Source of the DNA: Escherichia coli
Lineage (GTDB): Bacteria > Pseudomonadota > Gammaproteobacteria > Enterobacterales > Enterobacteriaceae
DNA length: 64,000 bases
Strand: one strand, 5' to 3'
Assembly (NCBI RefSeq): GCF_045037415.1
Contig: NZ_CP173438.1
Shown here in pieces: positions 42,485-54,531 of the stretch. The translations under genes and the position numbers were made by a program. Below the pieces are notes generated by a model that was given only the letters and a program-made list of their open reading frames with translations, had not been told where the DNA came from and made no database searches. Each line of letters opens with the position of its first letter. Position 1 is the first letter of the stretch.

Positions 42485-43615
42485 TCAGGAGAAGTAGTTC
42501 AACAAAGTCGCAATTACCGTACGCTGATTGACGGGCGACAGGTTGTAGAACAGCGGCAGGCGCAGCAGGCGCTCGCTCTCTTTGGTGGTGTAGCGATCTT
42601 CACCGTGGAACTCACCAAAGTGTTCCCCCGCAGGGCAACCGTGCAGCGGAATGTAATGAAACACCGCCATGATTTCCGCTTCTTTCAGAAAGTTAATCAA
42701 CGCGCTCCGGTCATCAATATCCCGCAGTTTAATGTAGAACATATGCGCGTTCTGCACGCAGCCATCGGGAATCGACGGCAGCTCGATACGCCCATTTTTT
42801 GCCAGAGGCGCCAGTGCATCGTAGTAGTTTTGCCACAGCGCCAGACGCTGCTGATTGATACGATCCGCTGCTTCCAGTTGCGCCCACAGGTACGCTGCTT
42901 GCAGATCGGACATCAAATAGCTGGAGCCAATATCGCGCCAGGTATATTTATCGACCTGACCACGGAAGAACTGGCTGCGGTTTGTGCCTTTTTCACGGAT
43001 GATCTCGGCTCGTTCGATCAACGCTTTATCGTTAATCAGCGTCGCGCCGCCTTCACCACCCGCCGTGTAGTTTTTGGTTTCATGGAAGCTAAAGCAGCCA
43101 ATATGACCAATGGTTCCCAGCGCACGCCCTTTGTAAGTGGACATCACGCCCTGAGCGGCATCTTCCACCACAAATAGATTATGCTTCTTCGCCAACGCCA
43201 TAATAGTGTCCATTTCGCAGGCCACACCCGCGTAATGGACCGGCACGATAACGCGCGTTTTGTCGGTGATCGCCGCTTCAATCAGCGTTTCGTTGATGTT
43301 CATGGTGTCCGGGCGAACATCCACAAAGACGATTTTCGCGCCACGCAGCACAAAGGCATTGGCGGTGGAGACAAAGGTGTAGCTCGGCATGATCACTTCA
43401 TCGCCAGGCTGGATATCGAGCAGCAGCGCCGCCATCTCCAGCGAAGCGGTGCAGGACGGCGTCAGTAACACTTTGGCGCTGCCAAAACGTTGCTCCAGCC
43501 ACTGCTGGCAGCGACGGGTAAAACCACCATCGCCGCACAGTTTGCCGCTACCCATTGCCGACTGCATATAGTCGAGTTCGGTTCCCACCACCGGCGGTGC
43601 GTTAAATGGAATCAT
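42485..43615 (-). CDS. wecE: dTDP-4-amino-4,6-dideoxygalactose transaminase
   Basis: 376-aa DegT/ArnB-family PLP aminotransferase. Confidence 0.9.
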   Translation of the reverse strand: MIPFNAPPVVGTELDYMQSAMGSGKLCGDGGFTRRCQQWLEQRFGSAKVLLTPSCTASLEMAALLLDIQPGDEVIMPSYTFVSTANAFVLRGAKIVFVDVRPDTMNINETLIEAAITDKTRVIVPVHYAGVACEMDTIMALAKKHNLFVVEDAAQGVMSTYKGRALGTIGHIGCFSFHETKNYTAGGEGGATLINDKALIERAEIIREKGTNRSQFFRGQVDKYTWRDIGSSYLMSDLQAAYLWAQLEAADRINQQRLALWQNYYDALAPLAKNGRIELPSIPDGCVQNAHMFYIKLRDIDDRSALINFLKEAEIMAVFHYIPLHGCPAGEHFGEFHGEDRYTTKESERLLRLPLFYNLSPVNQRTVIATLLNYFS

Positions 43616-43619
43616 GTGA

Positions 43620-44294
43620 TCACCTGTATAACCAGTACGCGGTGCTTTCTACATTCGCACCACTTTGTATGTATCGTTTAAGCGCGGCGGTGTTGCCCAT
43701 CTGGGTCGCCACCCGCAAAGTTGTTTTACCGCGAGCATACGCCCAGTTTAGCGCCGTTTGCATTAGCTCAGCACCTGCACCGCGTCCAGCCAGCAGGCCA
43801 ATTCGCGCATCTGTCGCATTGAGTTCCCGTAAAGAGACATAACCGCGAATATCGCCGGACGCCGCACGTAAAATCAGACATTGATGATCAAAGGTGCCGC
43901 GCACGGCATTTTCAATCCACTGTGCATAAAAGCGACCGCTGGCGTCAGGCGCATACCACGGCGCACGAAAACGGCTTTGCGCAAATGCGGCGCTGGCTAA
44001 CTGACGTAATGCGGGAATATCGGTCTCTTGTGCCACTACTGCACCGCTATCACTGACATTGTTCACGGGTAGTGCCAAATCAACTTCACCTTCTATCAGG
44101 GAGAATCCCAGCTGTTGCAGAGCATCCAGTTCACCCGTATTTGATGCCGCAATTTTGGCCTGCACCCGTGACCACGGCGCTAAGGCGTCTGGCGTCAGGA
44201 GTGCCGCGTCAGGGCTAATACGCACAATGGCGCTGTTAACACCAAAGAAGGCGTTTTCCCAGGTTAGTGGCTCAATACTGGCGCGGACGGGCAC
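43620..44294 (-). CDS. wecD: dTDP-fucosamine acetyltransferase
   Basis: 224-aa GNAT-type ORF; its 5' end overlaps the rffH 3' end by 23 bp. Confidence 0.85.
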   Translation of the reverse strand: MPVRASIEPLTWENAFFGVNSAIVRISPDAALLTPDALAPWSRVQAKIAASNTGELDALQQLGFSLIEGEVDLALPVNNVSDSGAVVAQETDIPALRQLASAAFAQSRFRAPWYAPDASGRFYAQWIENAVRGTFDHQCLILRAASGDIRGYVSLRELNATDARIGLLAGRGAGAELMQTALNWAYARGKTTLRVATQMGNTAALKRYIQSGANVESTAYWLYR

Positions 44295-45153
44295 GAAGTA
44301 ACTCCAGCAGATATTGGCCGTAGCCAGTTTTCGCTAATGAACTGGCAGCACGCTTCACACCCTCGTCATCGAGCCAGCCGTTACGCCAGGCAATCTCTTC
44401 CAGGCAGGCAATCTTAAAGCCCTGGCGTTTTTCTACTGTCTGCACAAAAGTGCTGGCCTCAATCAGGCTGTCGTGAGTGCCGGTATCCAGCCAGGCAAAT
44501 CCGCGCCCGAGCAGTTCAACGGTCAGGTTGCCCGCCTCGAGGTACATCTGGTTGATGGAGGTAATCTCCAGTTCACCACGCTCCGACGGCTTCACCTGCT
44601 TTGCGTACTCCACGACTTTACTGTCGTAGAAATAAAGCCCGGTCACCGCCCAGTTTGATTTCGGCTGTTTTGGTTTTTCTTCCAGCGAGATAGCGCGGAA
44701 ATTGTCGTCAAACTCCACCACGCCAAAGCGTTCCGGGTCCATCACCTGATAGCCAAATACCGTCGCCCCTTCCGTGCGCGCCGCAACATGACGCAGTTTC
44801 GGACTGAAGCCCTGTCCGAAGAAGATGTTATCGCCCAGCACCAGACAAGAAGGTTCACCGTTGAGGAAGGTTTCACCGATGATAAAGGCCTGCGCCAGGC
44901 CGTCCGGACTGGGCTGTTCGGCATATTCCAGCTGGATACCGAACTCACTGCCGTCACCCAGCAGGCGCTGGAAATAACCTTTATCTTCCGGCGTAGTGAT
45001 GATGAGAATTTCGCGGATACCGGCCAGCATCAGCACCGACAGCGGATAGTAAATCATTGGCTTATCGTAAATCGGCAACAGTTGCTTAGATACGCCGCGC
45101 GTAATCGGATGCAATCGGGTGCCGGAACCGCCCGCCAGGATAATACCTTTCAT
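44272..45153 (-). CDS. rffH: Glucose-1-phosphate thymidylyltransferase 2
   Basis: 293-aa [42 protein letters not shown]... Confidence 0.92.
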   Translation of the reverse strand: MKGIILAGGSGTRLHPITRGVSKQLLPIYDKPMIYYPLSVLMLAGIREILIITTPEDKGYFQRLLGDGSEFGIQLEYAEQPSPDGLAQAFIIGETFLNGEPSCLVLGDNIFFGQGFSPKLRHVAARTEGATVFGYQVMDPERFGVVEFDDNFRAISLEEKPKQPKSNWAVTGLYFYDSKVVEYAKQVKPSERGELEITSINQMYLEAGNLTVELLGRGFAWLDTGTHDSLIEASTFVQTVEKRQGFKIACLEEIAWRNGWLDDEGVKRAASSLAKTGYGQYLLELLRARPRQY

Positions 45154-45171
45154 GTTTGCCTCCGCTGAAAA

Positions 45172-46239
45172 TTAGCCTTTCAGACCTAAACGCTCGCCCT
45201 GATAGCTGCCGTCCTGCACCTGCTTCCACCAGCTTTCATTAGCCAGATACCACTGCACCGTTTTACGCATTCCACTTTCAAAGGTTTCCTGCGGCAGCCA
45301 GCCAAGTTCACGGGCAATTTTCGAAGCATCAATGGCATAACGCAGATCATGCCCCGGACGGTCAGCGACAAAGGTGATCAGGTCACGATAGTGCGCCACG
45401 CCGTGCGGCTTATTCGGAGCCAGTTCTTCCAGCAGCTCGCAAATGGTTTCCACAACATCGAGATTCTTACGCTCGTTGTGACCACCAATATTATAGGTTT
45501 CACCGACTTTCCCGGTGGTCGCCACGCAATACAGCGCGCGGGCGTGATCTTCAACATACAGCCAGTCACGGATTTGCTGCCCGTTGCCATATACCGGCAG
45601 CGGTTTACCCGCCAGCGCGTTGAGGATCATCAGCGGGATCAGTTTTTCCGGAAAGTGGTAAGGACCGTAGTTATTCGAGCAGTTGGTGATAAGCGTCGGC
45701 AGACCATAGGTCCGCAGCCAGGCGCGCACCAGATGGTCGCTGCTGGCTTTTGACGCGGAATAAGGGCTGCTCGGCGCATACGGCGTGGTTTCGGTGAAGA
45801 AATCATCCGTCGAGTGCAGGTCACCATATACTTCGTCGGTGGAGATATGATGAAAACGGAACGCTGATTTTTTATCTTCCGTCAGCGCAGTCCAGTAAGC
45901 CCGCGCCGCTTCAAGCAGTGTATAAGTCCCGACAATGTTGGTTTCAATAAACGCTGCCGGGCCGTCAATAGAACGGTCAACATGGCTTTCGGCTGCCAGA
46001 TGCATGACACAGTCTGGCTGATACTCAGTGAATACGCGCGCCAGTTCTGCCCGATCGCAGATATCAACTTTCTCAAAGGCAAAGCGCTCGCTTTGCGCGA
46101 CCGGTGCCAGCGACATCAGGTTTCCGGCGTAGGTCAGCGTATCGACCACCACCACCGCGTCGCTCGTTTCGTTGATGATATAACGCACCAGCGCCGAGCC
46201 AATAAACCCGGCACCACCTGTTATCAGAATCTTTCTCAT
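45172..46239 (-). CDS. rffG: dTDP-glucose 4,6-dehydratase 2
   Basis: 355-aa [28 protein letters not shown]... Confidence 0.92.
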   Translation of the reverse strand: MRKILITGGAGFIGSALVRYIINETSDAVVVVDTLTYAGNLMSLAPVAQSERFAFEKVDICDRAELARVFTEYQPDCVMHLAAESHVDRSIDGPAAFIETNIVGTYTLLEAARAYWTALTEDKKSAFRFHHISTDEVYGDLHSTDDFFTETTPYAPSSPYSASKASSDHLVRAWLRTYGLPTLITNCSNNYGPYHFPEKLIPLMILNALAGKPLPVYGNGQQIRDWLYVEDHARALYCVATTGKVGETYNIGGHNERKNLDVVETICELLEELAPNKPHGVAHYRDLITFVADRPGHDLRYAIDASKIARELGWLPQETFESGMRKTVQWYLANESWWKQVQDGSYQGERLGLKG

Positions 46240-47501
46240 CAGCGCCAGACTCCTTTGGCATCGACGACATACTGCTGATGGACGTTGTCGCCATTGATAA
46301 CTTTGAACTGACTATGATCGACCAGCATCACCAGCACATCTGCCGTTGCCAGCGCCTCGTCAAGCTGCGCCAGAGTACAAAGCCCGGTCAGTTTCTTCGG
46401 CAACTGGTGGATGTTAGGCTCAACAACCAGCGTTTCGCCGCTGTGCCACTGGGCGATCAGTTCAGCGATTTCCATTGCCGGACTTTCGCGCAGGTCATCA
46501 ATATTCGGTTTAAACGCCAGACCAAAGCAGGCGATTTTCAGTTCATTGGCGCGTTTATCGGTAGCAGCCAGACAATCAGCCACCGCCGCTTTCACCTGAT
46601 CGATAACCCAGAACGGTTTGTGATCGTTCACTTCGCGCGCGGTACGGATAAGCCGCGCCTGCTGGGGGTTCTGTGCCACGATAAACCACGGATCAACAGC
46701 GATGCAGTGACCGCCCACGCCAGGGCCTGGCTGAAGAATATTGACGCGAGGGTGACGATTCGCCAGGCGAATCAGTTCCCAGACGTTAATCCCCTGATCG
46801 GCACAAATCAGCGACAATTCATTAGCAAAAGCGATATTCACATCGCGGAAGCTGTTTTCGGTGAGCTTACACATTTCCGCCGTCCGCGAGTTAGTGACGA
46901 CACACTCACCTTCGAGGAAAATTTTGTACAGTTCGCTGGCGCGGGCCGAACAAACCGGCGTCATACCACCAATCACGCGATCGTTTTTAATCAGCTCGAC
47001 CATAACCTGGCCCGGTAATACGCGTTCCGGGCAGTAAGCAATGTTGACGTCCGCCAACTCGCCCACCTGCTGTGGGAAAGTGAGATCTGGACGCATCTCT
47101 GCTAACCATTCTGCCATCTTCTCGGTTGACCCCACCGGCGAGGTGGATTCAAGGATCACTAACGCGCCTTTTTTCAGCACTGGCGCAATGGAGCGAGCAG
47201 CCGATTCAACGTAGGTCATATCTGGCTCATGATCGCCTTTAAACGGTGTGGGTACAGCAATCAACCAGGCATCCGCTTCAACTGGCGTCGTGCTCGCTCG
47301 TAAAAAACCGCCTTCTACGGCAGTTTTTACTACGCTCGCCAAATCAGGCTCGACGATATGGATTTCGCCACGATTGATGGTATCAACCGCGTGTTGGTTG
47401 ATATCGACACCAATCACCTGTTTTTGCCTTGAGGCAAACGCAGCTGCTGTAGGCAGCCCGATGTAACCCAGTCCGATAACAGAAATGGTCGCAAAACTCA
47501 T
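46239..47501 (-). CDS. wecC: UDP-N-acetyl-D-mannosamine dehydrogenase
   Basis: 420-aa [26 protein letters not shown] (NAD-binding). Confidence 0.92.
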   Translation of the reverse strand: MSFATISVIGLGYIGLPTAAAFASRQKQVIGVDINQHAVDTINRGEIHIVEPDLASVVKTAVEGGFLRASTTPVEADAWLIAVPTPFKGDHEPDMTYVESAARSIAPVLKKGALVILESTSPVGSTEKMAEWLAEMRPDLTFPQQVGELADVNIAYCPERVLPGQVMVELIKNDRVIGGMTPVCSARASELYKIFLEGECVVTNSRTAEMCKLTENSFRDVNIAFANELSLICADQGINVWELIRLANRHPRVNILQPGPGVGGHCIAVDPWFIVAQNPQQARLIRTAREVNDHKPFWVIDQVKAAVADCLAATDKRANELKIACFGLAFKPNIDDLRESPAMEIAELIAQWHSGETLVVEPNIHQLPKKLTGLCTLAQLDEALATADVLVMLVDHSQFKVINGDNVHQQYVVDAKGVWR

Positions 47502-48628
47502 AGTGATATCCGATTATTTTTTAACGCTTCCAGAATGCGAGAGCATGCCTGACCATCACCATACGGGTTATGGGCGCGGCTCATAGCTTGATATTCGTTT
47601 TCGTCTTTTAAAAGACGCGTCACTTCCTCGACAATTCGCTGCTTATCCGTGCCGACCAGACGCACCGTACCCGCCGTCACCGCTTCCGGACGCTCAGTGG
47701 TATCGCGCATCACCAGCACCGGTTTCCCCAGCGAAGGCGCTTCTTCCTGAATGCCGCCTGAGTCGGTCAAAATCAGCCAGGCGTGGTTCATCAGCCAGAC
47801 AAACGGTAAATACTCCTGGGGATCGATCAGAATGACATTTTTCACATGCCCCAGAATGCGATTGACCGGCTCTCTGACGTTCGGGTTGAGATGCACCGGA
47901 TAGACAATCTGGATGTCCTGGTGCGTGGTGGCGATGTCTGCCAGCGCATGGCAGATTTCTTCAAAGCCACGACCGAAGCTCTCACGCCTGTGACCGGTCA
48001 CCAGAATCATCTTTTTATCGGGGTCGATAAACGGGTAATTTGCCGCCAGTTCTGAACGCAGCGTATCGCTGCTCATCACCTGGTCACGCACCCATAACAG
48101 TGCATCAATGACTGTATTACCAGTAATGAAGATTCGGCTATCCGCAACGTTTTCACGCAGCAAGTTTTGCCGGGAAGTTTCGGTTGGAGAAAAATGATAC
48201 ATCGCCAGATGCCCGGTCAATGTACGGTTAGCCTCTTCCGGCCACGGCGAATAGAGATCGCCCGTGCGCAGACCAGCCTCAACGTGACCAACAGGAATAC
48301 GCTGATAAAACGCCGCCAGGCTGGTTGCCAGCGTCGTCGTAGTATCGCCGTGAACCAGCACGACATCTGGTTTGAACTCGGCAAGAATAGGTTTTAGCCC
48401 TTCCAGAATCCGACAGGTTATCTCTGTAAGGCCTTGTCCTGGCTGCATTATGTTGAGATCGTAGTCAGGTACAATGGAAAAGAGTTTCAGCACCTGATCG
48501 AGCATCTCCCGATGCTGCGCAGTGACGCAAACTTTAGCCTCAAAAAAAGGATCTTTTGCCAACGCATGCACCAACGGTGCCATCTTGATGGCTTCCGGGC
48601 GCGTACCAAATACAGTCAGTACTTTCAC
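47498..48628 (-). CDS. wecB: UDP-N-acetylglucosamine 2-epimerase
   Basis: ORF 47498..48670; conserved start corresponds to a GTG at 48628-48626 ([20 protein letters not shown]), giving 376 aa. Confidence 0.9.
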   Translation of the reverse strand: MKVLTVFGTRPEAIKMAPLVHALAKDPFFEAKVCVTAQHREMLDQVLKLFSIVPDYDLNIMQPGQGLTEITCRILEGLKPILAEFKPDVVLVHGDTTTTLATSLAAFYQRIPVGHVEAGLRTGDLYSPWPEEANRTLTGHLAMYHFSPTETSRQNLLRENVADSRIFITGNTVIDALLWVRDQVMSSDTLRSELAANYPFIDPDKKMILVTGHRRESFGRGFEEICHALADIATTHQDIQIVYPVHLNPNVREPVNRILGHVKNVILIDPQEYLPFVWLMNHAWLILTDSGGIQEEAPSLGKPVLVMRDTTERPEAVTAGTVRLVGTDKQRIVEEVTRLLKDENEYQAMSRAHNPYGDGQACSRILEALKNNRISL

Positions 48629-48683
48629 ATCGATTCTCTTCGAATAAGCGGCGAGCGCCTTTGCGCTCACCGCAGCAGTGTTG

Positions 48684-49730
48684 CTATTTCGAGCAACGGC
48701 GGGTTAATGCGACACCAGCCCCGATCAGTCCCCCGACAATGCCCCACATAATCATCAGGAAGGCACGACGTGGGCTATCGCGTTTTACCGGTTCTTCCGG
48801 CGTACGCAAATAGCGATAGGTCTGAAAACGCGGATCCAGGGTTGGACCAACATTCAGGGTGTTTAACATGGCCCGATTTTGATCATAGTCGAGATCAAAG
48901 GCCGGACCGACGGCCTGTAAATTTTCCAGTCGAGCCTGGAGCATTGGACGCCCAAGCAGGAACATTTCTGAATCAGGTAATTCCTCGGCAGGCACATCTG
49001 TCGCACTGCGCGAAATATTATGCTGCTCAGCAATTTTCAGCGCCTGTTCAATACTGTTCATCCGGCGGTCATAGATGGCTTTCGCCACCTCTTCCTGACG
49101 CTTCACCTGAGCTTTCATCTGGATAGTGCGTGCCGCCCATGCGCCTTTCAGCTCATCATTCAGATGGCTGGCTGCACGCTGGCTGGCAAAAGCAACATAC
49201 TGACGTAACAGGTTATTAGCGTCAGGCGCGGTTTCGGCAATAAGCTTCACGCTGTCATTGACCGCGCGGGTAAAGTCACCGGGAATAAACACGATGTTGT
49301 TAATCATTTCATCCAGCAACGCCGCATCGGCTTTGCTGTTGCCCACCATCCGCTGTTTGTAATAGTCGGTTTGCAGCCAGAACTCTCTGCGGGTATCCCA
49401 CGAGGCCAGTTGCATAACAAACTCTTTATAAGCTTCGTCCATGACCGATGGTTGGTCGGCAGAAGCCATGTTTGAACGGACATCCAGGTTACGCAAAAAT
49501 TGCTGCTGTGAGTAGTACCCGCCCAGCATATTCACCGTTGGACGATCGGTAATCGCCGTCGCGCTCCACTCCTGACGAGCAAAAAAAGTATACGCCAGCG
49601 CGATTAACGCAAACGCCAGCCCCATGCCAATAATCCATAGCTTCCCAGCCCACAAGGTACGAAACAACCCACGAATATCCAGTTCATTTTCAGCGTCTTC
49701 GGCCGGTTTCCCAGGCATTGGTTGTGTCAT
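48684..49730 (-). CDS. wzzE: ECA chain-length regulator
   Basis: About 348-aa Wzz-family ORF with N- and C-terminal TM helices; start Met taken as the second Met of the track ORF. Confidence 0.88.
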   Translation of the reverse strand: MTQPMPGKPAEDAENELDIRGLFRTLWAGKLWIIGMGLAFALIALAYTFFARQEWSATAITDRPTVNMLGGYYSQQQFLRNLDVRSNMASADQPSVMDEAYKEFVMQLASWDTRREFWLQTDYYKQRMVGNSKADAALLDEMINNIVFIPGDFTRAVNDSVKLIAETAPDANNLLRQYVAFASQRAASHLNDELKGAWAARTIQMKAQVKRQEEVAKAIYDRRMNSIEQALKIAEQHNISRSATDVPAEELPDSEMFLLGRPMLQARLENLQAVGPAFDLDYDQNRAMLNTLNVGPTLDPRFQTYRYLRTPEEPVKRDSPRRAFLMIMWGIVGGLIGAGVALTRRCSK

Positions 49731-49741
49731 CACATCCTCAT

Positions 49742-50845
49742 TTATTTGGTTAAATTGGGGCTGCCACCACGATTTCTACGCAGTCTGCGTTTTACGCGCT
49801 TAATAAAGCGAGCAACTTTCCAGGCACGCTTGATGCAATATCCATAGAGGAAGAATGCTAGCAAAAAGAGCACCAGCATGACCCACTCCGGGACAAAATG
49901 AGAATATTCTGCCAGCACGCCAATGGAAGCGAGCAATGCTGCGGCAAGGGTAATCAGCACAAACGCCTGGCGGGAAGTAAACCCGGCACGCATGATCAAA
50001 TGGTGAATATGCTGACGGTCTGGAGAGAATGGGCTCATGCCTTTACGCAGGCGACGGTACATAATCGCCACCATATCCATTAGCGGAATGGCGATAATCC
50101 ACAAAGCGGTAACCGGGCTGATGGGATGAGTTTTGCCCTGGGTCGTTTCGAGCAGGATCCAGATAACGGTAAAACCAATCAGCGTACTGCCCGCATCCCC
50201 CATAAAGACTTTGTAGCGGCGACCCAGGATACCAAGGTTAAGCATGATGTATGGCAGGATGGCGGCGATCATCGCAAAGCACCAGATTGCGAGACTGGTT
50301 TGCCCGTCGAACCACAAAATCATACCGATTGCTGCAAACGAGACGCAGGACAACCCGCCCAGCAAGCCATCAATGCCATCAACCATGTTGAACGCATTAA
50401 TGGCCGCCCAGACGGCAAATAGCGTCAGGAAGTAACCAAACGGTCCGAGCACCATCTCCCAGGAGCCAAAGATATAACCCAGGCTACTGAGATAAAGTTT
50501 GCCGAACACCATCATAACAATGCCAACAGCGGCCTGTATGGTGGCTCGGATTTTTACGCTGATATCAAAACGGTCATCCAGCGCGCCAATGAAAACAAGC
50601 ACACCAGCACAAGCGAGATAGAGAGATGCATGCGGAATATAGTAGTCGACAATTCCGAACGTGAAGCAAATCCCTGCGTAAACCGAAATCCCCCCAACGA
50701 GAGGTATCAATCCCTGGTGACGTTTGCGGAAGTTTGGTTTATCCACTAAACCGACTTTTTTTGCCACCTTACGGGCAAAAAACAGAAACAGTGTCGTGAA
50801 TAAAAAAATACTGATGAGATCAGTACTCACTGTCAGTAAATTCAC
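49742..50845 (-). CDS. wecA: UDP-GlcNAc:undecaprenyl-phosphate GlcNAc-1-phosphate transferase
   Basis: 367-aa polytopic membrane ORF (MraY/WecA family); first gene of the ECA cluster after rho. Confidence 0.92.
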   Translation of the reverse strand: MNLLTVSTDLISIFLFTTLFLFFARKVAKKVGLVDKPNFRKRHQGLIPLVGGISVYAGICFTFGIVDYYIPHASLYLACAGVLVFIGALDDRFDISVKIRATIQAAVGIVMMVFGKLYLSSLGYIFGSWEMVLGPFGYFLTLFAVWAAINAFNMVDGIDGLLGGLSCVSFAAIGMILWFDGQTSLAIWCFAMIAAILPYIMLNLGILGRRYKVFMGDAGSTLIGFTVIWILLETTQGKTHPISPVTALWIIAIPLMDMVAIMYRRLRKGMSPFSPDRQHIHHLIMRAGFTSRQAFVLITLAAALLASIGVLAEYSHFVPEWVMLVLFLLAFFLYGYCIKRAWKVARFIKRVKRRLRRNRGGSPNLTK

Positions 50846-51035
50846 AATGCATGCTCTCAGAGAAAATTATTAGCAGAAGTATAACCACGAAGACCTTTAT
50901 TCAGAAAGGAAAGTCCGTTCCGAACCTACCAGCACTATGCGAAAATTAACCACTTGATATGCAAATTGCATAACACACCAGCAAATTCCAGGAATTTTCC
51001 TAACATCGCCAGCGCGGCATTAAGATTACAGATAT

Positions 51036-51069
51036 AAAAGCAAAACGCCACGTAAACACGTGGCGTTTT
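51036..51069 (-). terminator. Rho-independent terminator downstream of rho
   Basis: Hairpin CGCCACGT-GTTTA-CGTGGCG, followed on the minus strand by TTTTGCTTTT. Confidence 0.65.
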
Positions 51070-51084
51070 TGGCATAAGACAAAT

Positions 51085-52344
51085 TTATGAGCGTTTCATC
51101 ATTTCGAAGAAATCGTCATTGGTCTTGGTCATTGCCAGTTTATTAATGAGGAATTCCATTGCATCGATTTCGCCCATCGGGTGAATGATTTTGCGCAGGA
51201 TCCACATTTTCTGCAGTTCTTCCTGAGTCGTGAGCAGCTCTTCTTTACGGGTACCGGAACGGTTGTAGTCGATAGCCGGGAAGACGCGTTTTTCAGCGAT
51301 CTTACGAGAGAGGTGCAGTTCCATGTTGCCTGTACCTTTAAACTCTTCGTAGATAACTTCGTCCATTTTAGAACCGGTATCGATAAGCGCCGTCGCGATA
51401 ATGGTCAGGCTGCCGCCCTCTTCCACGTTACGCGCCGCACCGAAGAAGCGTTTCGGACGATGCAGGGCGTTGGCGTCCACACCACCGGTCAACACTTTAC
51501 CTGACGCCGGAACAACGGTGTTGTAAGCGCGCGCCAGACGAGTGATGGAGTCGAGCAGAATGATAACGTCTTTCTTGTGCTCAACCAGGCGTTTCGCCTT
51601 CTCGATCACCATTTCCGCAACCTGAACGTGGCGAGATGCGGGTTCGTCAAAGGTAGAAGCAACAACTTCACCTTTTACCAGTCGCTGCATCTCGGTTACT
51701 TCTTCCGGACGTTCGTCGATCAGCAGAACCATCAGCACACAATCCGGGTGGTTGTAAGCAATGCTCTGAGCAATGTTCTGCAGCAGCATGGTTTTACCGG
51801 CTTTCGGCGGTGCCACAATCAGACCACGCTGACCACGACCGATAGGTGATGCCAGATCCAGTACGCGAGCGGTTAAATCTTCCGTAGAACCGTTACCACG
51901 TTCCATACGCAGACGAGAGTTTGCGTGCAGCGGGGTTAAGTTCTCAAAGAGGATTTTGTTGCGGGCGTTTTCAGGTTTGTCGAAGTTAACTTCGTTAACT
52001 TTCAGCAGCGCAAAATAGCGTTCACCTTCTTTCGGCGGGCGAATCTTACCAGAGATGGTATCACCAGTGCGGAGGTTGAAACGGCGGATTTGGCTAGGGG
52101 AAACGTAGATGTCATCAGGACCGGCGAGGTAGGAGCTGTCTGCGGAACGGAGGAAACCAAATCCATCCTGCAATATCTCCAGTACGCCATCACCAAAGAT
52201 ATCTTCGCCACTCTTTGCGTGCTGCTTCAGGATGGCAAAAATAATGTCCTGCTTACGCATACGAGCCAGGTTTTCCAGCCCCATATTTTCGCCGAGAGTG
52301 ATCAGCTCAGAAACCGGCGTATTCTTTAATTCGGTAAGATTCAT
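51085..52344 (-). CDS. rho: Transcription termination factor Rho
   Basis: ORF 51085..52416; conserved start [33 protein letters not shown] gives 419 aa. Confidence 0.97.
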
Positions 52345-52428
52345 AGTGGTGTGAGTTCTTAAACTTGGGGTAAATCTCGAACTTAATGTTGTGAATGGTA
52401 TGGCAGGATCATCCATGCCTGTTTACGG

Positions 52429-52530
52429 TCATCGACTCATGTCTTTTCGCTGCCTGGTCACAGGAGAGTACGCAGAACTGAAACGACAAGACGGATTGAG
52501 TGACGAGCCAGAAATCTGTTCACTTCGCAT
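52429..52530 (-). CDS. rhoL: rho operon leader peptide
   Basis: Manual minus-strand translation from ATG at 52530 gives MRSEQISGSSLNPSCRFSSAYSPVTRQRKDMSR (33 aa), the known rho leader peptide. Confidence 0.8.
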   Translation of the reverse strand: MRSEQISGSSLNPSCRFSSAYSPVTRQRKDMSR

Positions 52531-52670
52531 TTAAGATAAAACGGGAAGCGTTGGAAATTACAAGATTCAAACTTAATAAGGTATGTTTAATACGAAGTCA
52601 ACACTAAGTTAGCATGACTCACGCCGGGCGTCCAGTTTTTAGCGACGGGGCACCCGAACATGAAATTCCC

Positions 52671-53000
52671 TTACGCCAGGTTAGCGTCGAGGAACTCTTT
52701 CAACTGACCTTTAGACAGTGCGCCCACTTTGGTTGCCGCCACTTCACCGTTTTTGAACAGCAGCAGAGTCGGGATACCACGGATGCCATATTTCGGCGCA
52801 GTGCCAGGGTTTTGATCGATGTTCAGTTTTGCAACGGTCAGTTTGCCCTGATATTCGTCAGCGATTTCATCCAGAATCGGGGCGATCATTTTGCACGGAC
52901 CGCACCACTCTGCCCAGAAATCGACGAGGATCGCCCCGTCCGCTTTGAGTACATCCGTGTCAAAACTGTCGTCAGTCAGGTGAATAATTTTATCGCTCAT
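52671..53000 (-). CDS. trxA: Thioredoxin 1
   Basis: ORF 52671..53105; conserved start [18 protein letters not shown] gives 109 aa; WCGPC active site. Confidence 0.97.
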
Positions 53001-53130
53001 ATATAACTCCACAGGAATAAGCCTGGCGTGTTGGTTTCGTTGTTGGTGTAACATTAACCAACTAAAGGTTGACTTTATTTCACCGGATACGCTTTCGTAA
53101 AGCAATAGTAAGCTGATATTCTACCACACT

Positions 53131-54396
53131 ATGAGCAAAACACATTTAACAGAACAGAAGTTTTCCGACTTCGCCCTGCATCCGAAGGTTGTAGAAGCCC
53201 TTGAAAAAAAAGGGTTTCATAACTGTACGCCCATTCAGGCACTGGCCCTTCCGCTGACGCTGGCGGGTCGTGACGTAGCCGGGCAGGCGCAAACCGGTAC
53301 CGGGAAAACGATGGCGTTTCTTACGTCAACGTTTCATTATCTTCTCTCTCATCCCGCGATTGCTGATCGCAAGGTGAATCAGCCGCGTGCCTTAATTATG
53401 GCACCGACGCGTGAACTTGCCGTGCAGATCCACGCCGACGCGGAACCGCTGGCGGAAGCTACCGGCCTGAAGCTGGGTCTGGCTTACGGTGGTGATGGCT
53501 ACGACAAACAGCTGAAAGTGCTGGAAAGCGGCGTTGACATTCTGATTGGCACCACGGGTCGTTTAATTGACTACGCCAAGCAGAACCACATTAACCTCGG
53601 TGCCATTCAGGTGGTGGTGCTGGACGAAGCCGATCGCATGTACGATCTGGGCTTTATTAAAGATATCCGCTGGCTGTTCCGCCGTATGCCGCCTGCAAAC
53701 CAGCGCCTCAACATGCTGTTCTCCGCCACGCTTTCGTACCGGGTACGTGAACTGGCGTTCGAGCAGATGAACAATGCCGAATATATTGAAGTGGAACCGG
53801 AACAGAAAACGGGCCACCGTATTAAAGAAGAGCTTTTCTACCCTTCTAACGAAGAAAAAATGCGTTTGCTGCAAACGCTGATCGAAGAAGAGTGGCCAGA
53901 CAGAGCGATTATTTTCGCCAACACCAAACACCGTTGTGAAGAGATCTGGGGCCACCTGGCGGCAGATGGTCATCGTGTCGGTTTATTGACAGGCGATGTC
54001 GCGCAGAAAAAACGTCTGCGTATTCTTGATGAATTTACCCGTGGCGATCTGGATATTCTGGTTGCCACCGACGTTGCCGCGCGTGGTTTGCATATTCCTG
54101 CTGTGACACACGTCTTTAACTACGATTTACCCGATGACTGTGAAGATTACGTTCACCGTATTGGTCGTACAGGTCGCGCTGGCGCAAGCGGTCATTCCAT
54201 CAGCCTGGCGTGTGAAGAGTATGCATTGAATTTGCCTGCTATTGAGACCTATATTGGTCACTCAATTCCGGTAAGTAAATACAATCCGGACGCATTGATG
54301 ACCGATCTGCCAAAACCGCTGCGCCTCACGCGCCCGCGCACAGGCAATGGTCCGCGTCGTACTGGCGCTCCGCGTAATCGTCGTCGTTCAGGTTAA
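53131..54396 (+). CDS. rhlB: ATP-dependent RNA helicase RhlB (degradosome DEAD-box helicase)
   Basis: 421-aa ORF with DEAD box (VLDEAD) and Arg-rich C-terminal tail. Confidence 0.95.
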
Positions 54397-54531
54397 AGAA
54401 AAAATGTCATACTCCAAATCATTCAAGCTGTATCAAGATGGCAAGAGAATGAATCCCGATGAGTTTACTGTCGTAAGTGATTCAGGTGAAAGAATGCAGC
54501 CAACACAGAGACAGATTGAAGGATGAAGAGT

